64,000 bases of DNA from an uncultured delta proteobacterium (GCA_963785725.1 CAWAWS010000027.1:32001-96000); one strand, 5' to 3'. Counted from the stretch's first letter, positions 9,591 to 21,340 are shown. Numbers and translations are program-made. Notes: generated by a model from the sequence alone, not told the origin.

Positions 9591-10400
9591 CTATGCCGGT
9601 CGCTTGGCGGCTAGGAAGCGCACCTTGTTGCGGGCGCCGCGTTTCTCCATGATCGGCCGCAGCCATGCGAACATGCGCGGCGAGAGGTAGCCGAGCGTCG
9701 CCAGCTTGCCCGACAGCGCGGGGATGTCGATCTCGGCCTCGCCCGTTTCGATCGCGCGCACGACCGCGGTCGCGACCTCTTCGGCCGTCGACATCGGCTG
9801 CGAGAACACGAGGTCCGGCACCTTGGCCAGATCGTCGCCGAAGAAGCCGGTGTCGACGGGACCGGGGCAGACGGTGCAGGCGCGCAGCCCGCGCGCCGTG
9901 AGCTCGACGTCGAGCGCGCGCGTAAAAGCGCGCAGCCCCGCCTTCGACGCCGAGTACGTCGCCTCGTGCGGCACCGGCACCTTGCCCGCGAGGCTCGCCA
10001 GATTGACGATGACGCCGCCCGGTCGCAGCAGCGTGAGCGCCGCCTGCGTCAACAAGATCGGCGCCGTCAGGTTGGTCTCGAGGATCGTCGCCAGCTCGTC
10101 GCTCGTGCGCTCGCGAACCGATCCGCGATGGTTGACGCCGGCGTTGTTGACGATGAAGTCGAGCCGGCCGAAGCGCGCGTCGACCTGCGCCGGCAGCGCC
10201 AACAGCGCCGCGCGGTCGGTGACGTCGAGCGGGAACGCCGCCGCCCGCGTGCCGAGCTCGCGCGCCGCCGCTTCCAGCTTGTCGACCGAGCGCGCGACGA
10301 GCGCCACATGCACACCGCGCTGCACCAGCTCGCGCGCGACCGCCAAGCCTATCCCGCTCGACGCGCCGGTCACGATGGCGCTCTTGTCTGACCACTGCAT
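9591..10400 (-). CDS. Short-chain dehydrogenase/reductase
   Basis: TGASSGIG, NNAG, YSASK and PGPVDT motifs; GGAGG RBS before ATG at 10400. Confidence 0.93.
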   Translation of the reverse strand: MQWSDKSAIVTGASSGIGLAVARELVQRGVHVALVARSVDKLEAAARELGTRAAAFPLDVTDRAALLALPAQVDARFGRLDFIVNNAGVNHRGSVRERTSDELATILETNLTAPILLTQAALTLLRPGGVIVNLASLAGKVPVPHEATYSASKAGLRAFTRALDVELTARGLRACTVCPGPVDTGFFGDDLAKVPDLVFSQPMSTAEEVATAVVRAIETGEAEIDIPALSGKLATLGYLSPRMFAWLRPIMEKRGARNKVRFLAAKRPA

Positions 10401-10699
10401 CGACTTACCTCCAGCCGTCATCGATACTCGGCGGCGCGGCGGCGTCAAGCGAAGTGAGCAGAAAAGGGCTACCCGGCGGCGACGGCGTCTCAGACGCGGG
10501 GGGACACGTTCGACGGCCGCCGCCGGGTTGCGATCGATCGAGAAGCTACCTTCGTGCCAAACGCAAAGGCCCGATAAGACTCGAACTGACGAACGGGTAG
10601 CTGCAAGAAATCCAGACAGGTGTTCGAACTGCGAACACACCGGTTTGATTGCGCCGGCGGCAGGGCTATGATCCCCGGCGTTGGTGGCGGGGGGTGGTG

Positions 10700-12094
10700 A
10701 TGTCGTCAGTTCGCTGGCTGGTGGCGGTGACAGTAGGTGTCGTGGCGAGCTTCGTGGCCTCGACGCTTTACATCCAAACCCGCGTTGCGCTCGTCGACGA
10801 CGAGGTCATGGACATCGTCGGGAACGCGACGCCGAGCATCGAGGAGCTGGCCGCGGCGCGCACCGAGATGCGCCACTTCGAGCTCGGCGTCGGCCGTTAC
10901 ATCGGCGCACGGTTGCAGAGCCTGCCGCTCTCGCGCGAGCGGCTCGTGACAGCGCGCACCGCCATCGACGAGCACTTGGCGGCCTACTCGCACCTGCCGC
11001 AGTTCGACCGCGAGGTCGCCGTGTATCGCCCGCTACTCGCGGCGCGTGAGCGGCTTTACGCGGCCGCCGACATCGTGCTCGACTACGTCGACGCCGGCGA
11101 CATCAAGGCCGCGCGCGCCAAGCTGACCGGCGACTTCGACGAGGCGGCCGAGGACATCGATCGCGCGACGCAGCGCCTCATCGCCTTCAACGCCGGGATG
11201 GCCAACGAGAACGGGCGGGCCATCGATCGTATTCGCCACAGCACGTCGCTCGTCGCCATCGTGCTCGATGGCGCGACGGTGCTGATGGCGGCGGTCATCC
11301 TGATGCTGGCGGTGCGCGCCACGCGGCTGCACGAGCGCATCCTGCTCGCCCAGAACAAAGCGGCGGCGGCGCGCGCCAACGAGCTCGACCATTTCGCGGC
11401 GCGTGTGGCGCACGATCTGAAGGCGCCGCTGACGTCGGTGTTGATGGGCGTGTCGGCGGCGCAGCAGTATCCGCACGACGCGCCGCGGCTGCTCGATCGC
11501 GTGCGGCGCGCATCGGGCACGATGAACAACATGATCGACGCGCTGCTCGACTTCGCGCGCGCCGGCTCGACGCCGCAGCGCGGGACCGCGTCGCAGCTGG
11601 CGCCGGTATTGGACGCGGTGGTCTTGTCGGCGCAGCCCTCGCTCGAAGAGGCGCACGCCGAGCTCGTCGTGGCGCCGGTGCCGCCGGGCTGCATCGTCGG
11701 CTGCAGCAGCGGCGCGCTCGCGTCGGTGCTGTCGAATTTGGTGCAGAACGCCATCAAATACCTCGGCAGCGACGCCAGCGAGCGCCGCGTCGAGATCGGC
11801 GTGACGGCGACCGCGACGACCGTGCGCATCGAGGTGTCCGACAGCGGCCCAGGCCTGCCCGAAGACGTGCACGACAAGATCTTCGAGATGTACACGCGGG
11901 CGCCGACGAGCATCGGTAAACCCGGCCTCGGCTTGGGCTTGGCGACGGTCAAGCGGCTCGTCGAAGCGCACGGAGGGACGCTCGGCGTGCGCTCGCGGCT
12001 CGGCGAAGGCGCCTGCTTCTGGATCGAGCTGTGCCGCGCGAACGCCGTCAAAGCACCGGTCCCGGTGACGCTACCGGCGACCCGCAACGCCTGA
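10700..12094 (+). CDS. Membrane sensor histidine kinase with periplasmic four-helix-bundle domain
   Basis: Two TM segments; H-box VAHDLKAPL; NLVQNAIKY, DSGPG and GLGLGL boxes. Start moved to MSSVRW. Confidence 0.9.
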   Translation: MSSVRWLVAVTVGVVASFVASTLYIQTRVALVDDEVMDIVGNATPSIEELAAARTEMRHFELGVGRYIGARLQSLPLSRERLVTARTAIDEHLAAYSHLPQFDREVAVYRPLLAARERLYAAADIVLDYVDAGDIKAARAKLTGDFDEAAEDIDRATQRLIAFNAGMANENGRAIDRIRHSTSLVAIVLDGATVLMAAVILMLAVRATRLHERILLAQNKAAAARANELDHFAARVAHDLKAPLTSVLMGVSAAQQYPHDAPRLLDRVRRASGTMNNMIDALLDFARAGSTPQRGTASQLAPVLDAVVLSAQPSLEEAHAELVVAPVPPGCIVGCSSGALASVLSNLVQNAIKYLGSDASERRVEIGVTATATTVRIEVSDSGPGLPEDVHDKIFEMYTRAPTSIGKPGLGLGLATVKRLVEAHGGTLGVRSRLGEGACFWIELCRANAVKAPVPVTLPATRNA

Positions 12095-12149
12095 GACAGG
12101 CGCAGCCCGGCCTATCGTCGGAGCAGGTTGATCAACGTTGACGGTCGAA

Positions 12150-12947
12150 TCAACCGGAGCGGCGGCGAGAGGTGCCGGCGCGCTGTGCCAGGCCGGCGAC
12201 GACCATGAGCGCCAGCGCCAGGCAGCGCGCGAGCTCGGTCCACGGCTTCAAACGCGCCGACGAGTGGTTCGCTTCGCCGAGGCCGATGAGGACGTCGAAG
12301 GCCATCCAGCCGAGCTTGCTGAGGACGACGAAGAGCCAGGCCCAAAAGAGCGTGCCGCCGCGCAGCGCGAACGTGACGAGCGCCAGCGGCGCGATGAGGC
12401 AGAACGTCGCGAAGTCGCCCAAGTCGGACGCCAGGTGCTCGAGCGCGCCGCCGTGGCCGTGCTCGAGGCCGCGCAAGTTGACCGACATCGCGAAGCCGGC
12501 GGTCAGCGTCGCCAGCACGACGGCGGTCAGCGTCGCCGCAATCCGGCGGCCGCGCGACTCGAGCTGCCCGAGGCCGGCCGAACGCCAGGTGCCGGCCAAC
12601 AGCGCCATCGCGACGACCGTCGCCAAGTTGCCGGCGATGACGAGCCCGCTGCGCAGCGTGGCGGCATCGGCGGCGCCGCTCCACAGATGCAGCTGCGCGC
12701 CGAAGAGCACGTCTTTGATCAGCAAGAGGACGAGGTTGAGCGCGAACAGCAGCCAGGCGACGAGCATGCGATCGCCTGCCGAATAGCGCAGCGCCGCCGC
12801 CGTGCACGCCAGCGCCGCCAAGACGCGCAGCCCTTCGACGAAGCCGAAATAGACGAGCGGACGCGACGCCGCCGGAGCCGCCGCCAGCGCGACGCCGTAC
12901 GCGATCGCGATCAAAATCGGCACCAGCCAAAAGCGTCCCGGTTTCAT
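12150..12947 (-). CDS. Hypothetical polytopic membrane protein
   Basis: About 7-8 hydrophobic segments; start overlaps the upstream stop (TGATG). Confidence 0.7.
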   Translation of the reverse strand: MKPGRFWLVPILIAIAYGVALAAAPAASRPLVYFGFVEGLRVLAALACTAAALRYSAGDRMLVAWLLFALNLVLLLIKDVLFGAQLHLWSGAADAATLRSGLVIAGNLATVVAMALLAGTWRSAGLGQLESRGRRIAATLTAVVLATLTAGFAMSVNLRGLEHGHGGALEHLASDLGDFATFCLIAPLALVTFALRGGTLFWAWLFVVLSKLGWMAFDVLIGLGEANHSSARLKPWTELARCLALALMVVAGLAQRAGTSRRRSG

Positions 12948-13222
12948 CAGCCGAGCTCCCGGCGCAGGTCGGCGAGCACGGCGTCCGTCTCGCGGCTGCC
13001 GATGAGCGTGCGCAACATCGGTCGCAGCGCCGCCAAGAGCGGCTCGAGATCGTGGTAGCCGAGCTCGTCGGGCGCTTTGTGCACCGACTTTTGCGCGAAC
13101 AATCGCAGCGCGTTCTTCGCCGTGTGGGGCCCGAGATATCGCGTCAGCTCTCGAATCACGACATCTGCGAACACGACCGGCACCCGGGCGGGAATCCTAG
13201 CGCGGCAGTTTCGATCCGACAA
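12947..13222 (-). CDS. Small hypothetical protein; true start probably about 15 codons downstream
   Basis: Helical-looking sequence ELTRYLGPHTAKNALRLF...LRPMLRTLIG; translationally coupled to the membrane protein gene. Confidence 0.6.
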   Translation of the reverse strand: MSDRNCRARIPARVPVVFADVVIRELTRYLGPHTAKNALRLFAQKSVHKAPDELGYHDLEPLLAALRPMLRTLIGSRETDAVLADLRRELG

Positions 13223-13503
13223 TGACGTTCGTCTATCGCACCTTCATAGTCAGTCGCACACTTCACCCACAAACAGCGATAGTCGCGCCGTCGATGAAGC
13301 ACACGACTGTTACAGCCCTTATCGCGTCATTGTCGGACTGTCGCGCTAAGGACGGCAAACGTCCGAGACTAAACGCGCGACCGAGCGCTGGCTTAGCGCA
13401 CTGACTATATTGAAGGAGCACGGCCACTAAGGACGCGCTCGGTTACGGTCGCTCGTCACTCAGTCGATGCGGTATTTCGTGAGGATTTGTGCGGCGAGCC
13501 GCG

Positions 13504-13821
13504 TTACGTCGCGGCGGCCGCGGCGAGCGACTTCTTGTCGCGCGGCGGCTTATCGTCGGCATCGGGCTTGCTCGGCGCCAATACGACGTTCAGCTCCAAC
13601 ACTTCGCAACCGCCCGAGCGATCGACATTGACGCTCACTTGCCCGATGTCGATGAGCTCGTATTTGGCGATCACTTGCAGCAGCTCTTGTTGCAGCTGCG
13701 GCAAATAGTCCGGCGCGTCGCGCAAGACCGAGCGCTCGCGGGCGACGATGATCTGCAGCCGATCTTTCGCGATGGACGCGGTCTTCGGCTGCGAACGCTT
13801 GAAGTAATCGAGGAATCCCAT
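13504..13821 (-). CDS. minE: Cell division topological specificity factor MinE
   Basis: MGFLDYF...TASIAKDRLQIIVARER...YLPQLQQELLQVIAKY...VLELNV; follows minD. Confidence 0.95.
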   Translation of the reverse strand: MGFLDYFKRSQPKTASIAKDRLQIIVARERSVLRDAPDYLPQLQQELLQVIAKYELIDIGQVSVNVDRSGGCEVLELNVVLAPSKPDADDKPPRDKKSLAAAAAT

Positions 13822-13845
13822 GTTCAACCTCGCTTGTGAGTCGGC

Positions 13846-14655
13846 TCAGCCGAACAGGCGCTTCAACAATCCACGCTTCTCCATTTCGATGAAGCGATGC
13901 GGCCGCTCTTCACCGAGGAAGCGATTGACGACGTCGGTATAGGCCTGCGACACCTCGGTCAGCTCATCGAGGATGACGGGCGTGCCCTTATTGGACGCTT
14001 GCAGTACGGCGCGCGACTCGGGAATGACGCCCAAAAAGGGAATACCCAAGATCTCGAGCACGTCGGCGACCGAGAGCATCTCGCCCTTCTGCACTTGCGC
14101 CGGCGAATAACGCGTCAGTAGCAAATGCGTGCGAATCGGCTCGCCGCCGCTCTCGGCGCGATTGGTCTTCGCATTCAATAAGCCGAGCACGCGATCGGAG
14201 TCGCGCACCGACGAGACTTCGGGGTTCGTGACCACGATGGCTTCATCGGCAAAATACATGGCCATTTGCGCGCCCTTTTCGATACCGGCCGGCGAATCGC
14301 AAATGATGTATTCGAAGCCGAGCTCTTTGAGCTCGCTAATGACGCGGCCGACGCCTTCGGGATCGAGCGCGTCCTTATCACGCGTCTGCGAAGCGGGCAG
14401 CATATACAGGTTCTCGATCCGCTTATCGCGGATCATGGCCTGCTGAATCTTCGCCTCGCCTTTGATGACATTGACGAGATCGTAAATGACCCGGCGCTCG
14501 CAGCCCATGACGAGATCGAGGTTGCGCAGCCCGACGTCGAAGTCGATGGCGATGGTCTTGTGGCCGCGGAGCGCGATGCCGGTGGCAATGTTCGCGCTGG
14601 TGGTGGTCTTGCCGACACCGCCCTTACCAGACGTGATGACGATGACTTTCGACAC
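13846..14655 (-). CDS. minD: Septum site-determining ATPase MinD
   Basis: SGKGGVGKTT, DFDVGLRNLDL, DSPAGIE; C-terminal membrane-targeting KRGLLKRLFG; GTG start with AGGAGG RBS. Confidence 0.97.
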   Translation of the reverse strand: MSKVIVITSGKGGVGKTTTSANIATGIALRGHKTIAIDFDVGLRNLDLVMGCERRVIYDLVNVIKGEAKIQQAMIRDKRIENLYMLPASQTRDKDALDPEGVGRVISELKELGFEYIICDSPAGIEKGAQMAMYFADEAIVVTNPEVSSVRDSDRVLGLLNAKTNRAESGGEPIRTHLLLTRYSPAQVQKGEMLSVADVLEILGIPFLGVIPESRAVLQASNKGTPVILDELTEVSQAYTDVVNRFLGEERPHRFIEMEKRGLLKRLFG

Positions 14656-14760
14656 TGGAGACCTCCTGCCGTGGTCGGTTGTTTCTCGTGAGACCGCTTT
14701 TCACCAATTAGCGGCAAGCCCGCGGCTTCCGCAAATTTTCTGCGTACTTTTGTTAGTGAA

Positions 14761-15576
14761 TTAAAGCGGGCCCACTTTGACGGCGCCGTTCTCCAAGTAG
14801 ACCTGTGCCGGACGTCCCAAGAGCTCCTTCGGGATGTCGTCGGCGGTCAGGAACTCGCCGGCGACGGCGATGAGCTCGGCTTCGAGGCACTGGCAGAATA
14901 CGCGGGCGTCGACGTTGCCGCGGGCGCCGGCGAGCGCGCGACCGCGCAGGCGGCCGTAGATGTGAATGTGGCCGTCGGCGATGACCTGGGCGCCGGCGTT
15001 GACGGGCGCGCACACGACGAGATCGCCGTGCGAATACACGACTTGGCCGCCGCGAACGGGCTGGCTCACCGTCATCGACTGCGCGGCCGGCTCGGCGGAT
15101 GTCGCGGCCGCTTTCGGCGCGGCGGCGACGGGCGCGGCGGCCGGCTGCACCGCGCGCACCGCCTGCGGATGCGGCGCCGGCGGCTCCATGAGCGAGCTCG
15201 AGTTGGCGCGCGCGCCGCGGCTCTTGCCGAAGCCGAGCTGCACGATGGCGAGCCCGACTTCGGCCGCCAACGCCACCTGCTCCGGCGCCAAGTGCGCGAC
15301 ACCAATCGGAACCATGCGGCACGCCCGCACCCGCGCCACGATGTCGGCGAGCGGCAAAACGCCGGCGTTGGGATCGATGTCGGCGACGTCGATGACGACG
15401 GGCGCGTTCAGGAACAGCTGCGGCGCCGGATCGACGCGCGCGCGCAGCTCCTTCTCGATGCGCGCAGCGTCGACGGAGCGCAGACAGATCACCGTCACCG
15501 GCGTGATGGTGCCTTTGACCTCGAGCGCCGGTCCTCCCGACGACGGCGCTAACGCCTCCGCAACATTCCTGGCCAT
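14761..15576 (-). CDS. minC: Septum site-determining protein MinC
   Basis: PVRGGQVVY...VNAGAQVIADGHIHIYGRLRGRALAG...LEAELIAVAG beta-helix motifs. Confidence 0.95.
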   Translation of the reverse strand: MARNVAEALAPSSGGPALEVKGTITPVTVICLRSVDAARIEKELRARVDPAPQLFLNAPVVIDVADIDPNAGVLPLADIVARVRACRMVPIGVAHLAPEQVALAAEVGLAIVQLGFGKSRGARANSSSLMEPPAPHPQAVRAVQPAAAPVAAAPKAAATSAEPAAQSMTVSQPVRGGQVVYSHGDLVVCAPVNAGAQVIADGHIHIYGRLRGRALAGARGNVDARVFCQCLEAELIAVAGEFLTADDIPKELLGRPAQVYLENGAVKVGPL

Positions 15577-15719
15577 GGACGTTCTCCCCGATAGCGCTCG
15601 CGTGTCGCCGCCGGATTTGCCGATGGACGGCGGCTCACGAGAGATGCGCTTCTCGCGTCATGTTCTGCCGTCCGGCAAAACGCGCAAGTTTCCTACAGCA
15701 ATCGTCACGGAGAGCCGCG

Positions 15720-17555
15720 CTAAGCAGCGGGGAGCGTGAACCAGAAGATGCTGCCGTGGCCGAGCTCGCTCTCGACGCCGATCTGGCCGCCGTGCGCCTC
15801 GACGATCTCCTTGCAGATGTAGAGGCCGAGGCCGGCGCCGCCGCGCTCGGCGCCGGGCACGCGATAGAAGCGCTCGAACAGGTGCGGGATGAACTCGGCG
15901 GCGATGCCGCTGCCGGAGTCGGCGACCTCGAAGCGGACCTGGCCGCCGCGATGCGGCGCGGCGCGCAGCCGGACCGAGCCGCCGGCGGGCGTGTGCCGCA
16001 AGCCGTTGGTGACGAGGTTGGTGAAGACGAGGTCGAGGCGATCGGGGTCGGCGATGACCGGCCTATCGATCGTCGGCGCGCCCATCTCCAGCGTCACGTT
16101 ACGCTCGCGCGCCTGCGCCGAATGCTGCGCGATGGCGGCGTCGAGCAGCGCCTGGGCCGGCAGCGGCCGCAACGACAGCTCGATGCGCCCCGACTGAATG
16201 CGCGACAGGTCGAGCAGGTCGTCGACGATGCCTTGCAGCCGCTCGCAATCTTCACGCGCCGCGAACAGGAGGTCGGCCTGCTTGGGCAAGAGCGGACCGA
16301 CCGTTTCCTCGACGCACAAGTGAATCGCCATGCGCAACGACGTCAACGGCGTACGGAATTCGTGGGCCACCGTCGCCACGAGATCGTTCTTGAGCTCGTC
16401 GAAGCGGCGCAGGCGCGTGACGTCTTGCAAGACGATCGTCAACGCGGCCACGTCGCCCGCCTCGGCGACGACGGGATGGGCGCGAATGAGCAGGAAGTGC
16501 TGGCCGTCGCGTGCCGCCACCGGCAGCGCGTCCTCGAAGCCTTTGGGCAGCCACGCGCCTTTGCCGGCGCGCACGTGCTCGACGACGTCGGCGACCTCGG
16601 CGCGCAGCGCCGGCTCCAGCACCTCCAAACCGCGGCCCTCCTCTTCGACGTCGAGGCCGAGCAGCTCGCCGGCGGCGCGGTTGGCGTTCAAGAGCTCGCC
16701 CGCGGTGCTCAAGACGATGACCGGATCGCTCAAGCTGTCGATGGTCGCCTGCGCCGCGTGCTGTGCTTGCAAGAGCTCGCCGAGCGAGCTCGAGCGATAT
16801 TGCTGCAGGTGATCGGCCATCAAGTTGAAGTCGCGCGCCACCTCCGCGATCTCGTCGTGACCGCCGACGCGCGCGCGCACCACCAGATCGCCGGCGCCGA
16901 GTCGTCGCGCCGCCTGGCTGAGCACCGACAGCGGGCGCACGAGCCGCGTCGTCAAGATCGTCGTCGCCGCCATGCCGAGCACGAACGCACCCAGCGTCAG
17001 GAGCAGCAGCGCGCCGTTCATGCGCTCGGCGTCGTGACGGGCGCGATCGCTCTTGCGCACCATGGCGTCTTGGTTGACGTTCAAGATGTCGTCGGTGGAG
17101 CGTTCGACGGCGACCAGCGCCGGCAGCAGCGTGTCGACGTAGCGGGCGCCGATGGCGTCGGCCGGCGTGTCGTCGAGCGCCGACAGGGCGGCGAAGAAGA
17201 CGCGCCAATGCTCGCGCAGCGTCGCCGTCAGCTCGCGCTCGCCCAATTCGGTGACGTTGCCCTCTTGAAACTGCAGCTGCTCGGCGAATGCGGCGCTCGC
17301 CGTCGCCTCGGCGGTCGCGTCCATCGTCGCTGTGGGTTTGCCGTGCGCCAGCGCCCGCGCCGCGGCCAGGCGACCGAGCTCGTCGGCGGAGTCGCGCATT
17401 CGCTGCGCCGCGAGCACGCTCTGGTAGTTGTCCTTCAAGATGTCCTGCGACGAGCGATCGAGCGTCGTGATGGTCCCGCGCGAGACATAGCCGACGAGCG
17501 CCAAGGCCAGCGCCAGCGGCACTTGCGCGAGCAGCAGCTTCGAACGCAGCCTCAT
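15720..17555 (-). CDS. Sensor histidine kinase (TM-periplasmic-TM-HAMP-PAS-HisKA-HATPase)
   Basis: Start MRLRSKLL overlaps the upstream stop (ATGA); HAMP DEIAEVARDFNLM; AHEFRTPLT; GAGLGL. Confidence 0.92.
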   Translation of the reverse strand: MRLRSKLLLAQVPLALALALVGYVSRGTITTLDRSSQDILKDNYQSVLAAQRMRDSADELGRLAAARALAHGKPTATMDATAEATASAAFAEQLQFQEGNVTELGERELTATLREHWRVFFAALSALDDTPADAIGARYVDTLLPALVAVERSTDDILNVNQDAMVRKSDRARHDAERMNGALLLLTLGAFVLGMAATTILTTRLVRPLSVLSQAARRLGAGDLVVRARVGGHDEIAEVARDFNLMADHLQQYRSSSLGELLQAQHAAQATIDSLSDPVIVLSTAGELLNANRAAGELLGLDVEEEGRGLEVLEPALRAEVADVVEHVRAGKGAWLPKGFEDALPVAARDGQHFLLIRAHPVVAEAGDVAALTIVLQDVTRLRRFDELKNDLVATVAHEFRTPLTSLRMAIHLCVEETVGPLLPKQADLLFAAREDCERLQGIVDDLLDLSRIQSGRIELSLRPLPAQALLDAAIAQHSAQARERNVTLEMGAPTIDRPVIADPDRLDLVFTNLVTNGLRHTPAGGSVRLRAAPHRGGQVRFEVADSGSGIAAEFIPHLFERFYRVPGAERGGAGLGLYICKEIVEAHGGQIGVESELGHGSIFWFTLPAA

Positions 17556-18703
17556 GGCGCCCGCTCTTCGTCGTCGAAGGAGACGATGTGCAGGTCGAAG
17601 CCGTCGCTGTCGCGGACGAGGCGCAGCGGCACCGAGCGGCCGAGCAGCTGCTTCCACCACGGCTGATGCGAGCGGCCGATCAAGATGTGACCGACGCCGT
17701 GCGAGCGCGCGAAGTCGAGCAGGCAGTCGACCGGATCGCGGCCTTGCAAGCGGACCACTTCGGCGCCCAGCTCGCGCGCCGACTGGATGTTGTCGTGCAA
17801 GTGGCGCTGCACCTCGGCGTCGATGCGATCGGGCGACTCGCGCGGCGTCTCGACGTAGACGACGAACCAGTCGGTCGACAGGCGGCCGGCCATGCGACTG
17901 CCGCGGCGCAACAGCGTGGCGGCGTGCGGCGGATAGGACGACATGCACACCATGACGCGGCCGCCGGCCGACCAGCGCGACGCCGATCCGACGGGCGTGC
18001 GCGCCTGCGCCGTGCGCTCGAGCGACTCGGCCACTTCGCGCAGCGACAGCTCGCGCAGCGCCGACAGGTTCTCTACTTGGAAGAAGTGCTCGAGCGCCCA
18101 GGCTACTTTGTCGGCGGGATAAATCTTGCCGCCTTCCAGTCGCTGTAAGAGGTCCTCGACGGCCAAGTCGATATTGACGATCTGATCGGCCTGCTTCAGA
18201 AAGCCGTCGGGGATGGTCTCGCGCACTTGCACTTTGGCGTTGCGCGACACGATGTCGTTGAGGCTCTCCAAGTGCTGCACGTTGAAGGCGCCGATGACGT
18301 TGATGCCGGCGGCGAGCAGCTCGAGCACGTCTTGGTAGCGCTTTTTGTTGCGCGCGCCGGGGACGTTGGTGTGCGCCAGCTCGTCGACGACGGCGATGGT
18401 CGGCTTGCGCGCCAAGATGGCATCGAGGTCCATCTCCTCGATGCGAACGCCGCGATATTCGAGGGCGCGGCGCGGGACGGTCGGCAGGTCGGCGAGGAGC
18501 GCGGCGGTGTCGGCGCGGCCGTGCGTCTCGATGAAGCCGAGCACGAGATCGACGCCTCTTTGGCGCAGCGCGTGTGCCTCTTCGAGCATGCGATAGGTCT
18601 TGCCGACACCGGCGGCGAAGCCGAGATAGAGCTTGAGCCGTCCGCGCTGCGAACGCTCGACGAGCGCCAGGAAGTCCTCGGCGCGTGTGCCGGCGCGGCT
18701 CAT
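17552..18703 (-). CDS. kdpD: Stand-alone soluble KdpD N-terminal + Usp domain protein
   Basis: GRLKLYLGFAAGVGKTYRML, ETHGR, VDELAHTN, NVQHLESLND and LRELSLR motifs, then a Usp domain; no TM or kinase domain. Confidence 0.92.
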   Translation of the reverse strand: MSRAGTRAEDFLALVERSQRGRLKLYLGFAAGVGKTYRMLEEAHALRQRGVDLVLGFIETHGRADTAALLADLPTVPRRALEYRGVRIEEMDLDAILARKPTIAVVDELAHTNVPGARNKKRYQDVLELLAAGINVIGAFNVQHLESLNDIVSRNAKVQVRETIPDGFLKQADQIVNIDLAVEDLLQRLEGGKIYPADKVAWALEHFFQVENLSALRELSLREVAESLERTAQARTPVGSASRWSAGGRVMVCMSSYPPHAATLLRRGSRMAGRLSTDWFVVYVETPRESPDRIDAEVQRHLHDNIQSARELGAEVVRLQGRDPVDCLLDFARSHGVGHILIGRSHQPWWKQLLGRSVPLRLVRDSDGFDLHIVSFDDEERAP

Positions 18704-18719
18704 CGACGGATGAATTCAA

Positions 18720-18831
18720 TAGCACGGATTGTGCCCGACCACGTCAGGGCGCCGTCGCTGTCCGATCGCGACGACTGCTGCTCGGCTTGCAAAACGAAAG
18801 GGATGAGCGTACCGGCGATTGCAAAGCGCAA
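18720..18831 (-). promoter_or_regulatory. Putative sigma54 promoter for kdpD with two upstream activator-like sites
   Basis: Minus strand GG-CACAATCCGT-GC (GG 18735-18734, GC 18723-18722, correct N10 spacing). TTGCAAAACGAAA at 18787-18799 and TTGCAAAGCGCAA at 18819-18831. Confidence 0.6.
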
Positions 18832-18883
18832 CATGACGCGCTTTTCGTTGAAGCGACCCGGGATCGGCGCTACTTCTCACATC

Positions 18884-20281
<1,398 letters not shown>

Positions 20282-20350
20282 CGCCGGCGTAGCCCGCCGG
20301 TGACGCGCGGAGCTCGGCGCGTGCGGGTGTGCTTGTTTTTGCCGTCGCTG

Positions 20351-20479
20351 TTGGGGGCGCGCGTGGGTGCCGAGCGCGTGCGCCCGCGATAAACCATTGA
20401 TCGGCGTGCCCGACTACACGATGGCCGGCGCGACGAAGCGACGACGCCCGCGCGCACCGCGCGCCCGGGCGCCGTCGCC
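20351..20479 (+). repeat. Dispersed intergenic element family 2, copy 2
   Basis: Homologous to the reverse complement of 9430-9559. Confidence 0.9.
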
Positions 20480-20522
20480 GACTCGCCCAAGCCCCAGCGA
20501 CCGCACGCCCCCACTTCGCCGG

Positions 20523-20775
20523 CCGCAATCCGCGCCCCACGCCGCGCAATCCGCGCCCCCACGCCGCGCAATCCGCGCCCCCACGCCGCACAATCCGCGC
20601 CCACACTCCGCGCAATCCGCGCCCGCACTCCGCGCAATCCGCGCCCGCACTCCACGCTCGCCGCGCCCCACTCCGCGCAATCCGCGCCCACACTCCGCGC
20701 AATCCGCGCCCACACTCCGCGCAATCCGCGCCCACACTCCGCGCAATCCGCGCCCGCACTCCACGCTCGCCGCGC
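20523..20775 (+). repeat. About 22-nt tandem repeat array (minisatellite)
   Basis: Unit CCGCGCAATCCGCGCCC(A/C/G)CAC(T/G), about 10 copies plus 2 variant units (CCACGCTCGCCGCGCC); no unique spacers. Confidence 0.92.
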
Positions 20776-20788
20776 CGCCCGCCGCGCC

Positions 20789-21340
20789 TTACGCGCCGCC
20801 CGCCGCCCCGACCGCCGCCACCAAAGCCGCGACGCTGCGCCGCAGCGTCGCTCGATCCTCGCCGCCCATCGCCCCCTCCGCCGTCAGCCGCTGCGTCAGA
20901 AACGGCGCGAACAGCGAAGCCTCGAGCACGCGCGCCTCGAGGGTCCGCAAAATCTCCGCCAGCTGCGCCTGCGCAAACTGTCCGCCCGCCGACGCATTCA
21001 ACGCCAGCAGCGGCTTGCCCGCCAGCTCGCCGCTCGACACGATCCAATCGAGCGCATTCTTGAACGCGCCCGGCAGCCCGTGCGCATACTCCGGCACCGA
21101 CACGATGAACCCATCGGCCGACCGCAACAGCGCACGCCACTCGGCGACGGCCGGCGGCGGCACGTCACCCTCCTGGTCGAGATCGGGATTGAAGCTGGGC
21201 AGCCCGCCAACGCCTTCGTACAAGAGCGTCTCGATTTCAGCCGGCACGAGCGCAAACGCCGCCCGCACCAGCCCCGCGTTCGACGACTGCGCCCGCAAGC
21301 TGCCCGACAGCCCGACGATTCGCTTCCGCTCGGCGCTCAT
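20789..21340 (-). CDS. NADPH-dependent FMN reductase (flavodoxin-like)
   Basis: GSLRAQSSN and PEYAHGLPGAFKNALDW motifs. Confidence 0.93.
   Translation of the reverse strand: MSAERKRIVGLSGSLRAQSSNAGLVRAAFALVPAEIETLLYEGVGGLPSFNPDLDQEGDVPPPAVAEWRALLRSADGFIVSVPEYAHGLPGAFKNALDWIVSSGELAGKPLLALNASAGGQFAQAQLAEILRTLEARVLEASLFAPFLTQRLTAEGAMGGEDRATLRRSVAALVAAVGAAGGA

Noticed and set aside
10620..10638. GTGTTCG-N5-CGAACAC inverted repeat as an SOS box
   Set aside because: Half-site orientation does not match the LexA boxes I know and the flanking genes are not repair genes; single occurrence.
20523..20775. Possible CRISPR array
   Set aside because: Units are contiguous with no unique spacers and no cas genes; it is a minisatellite.
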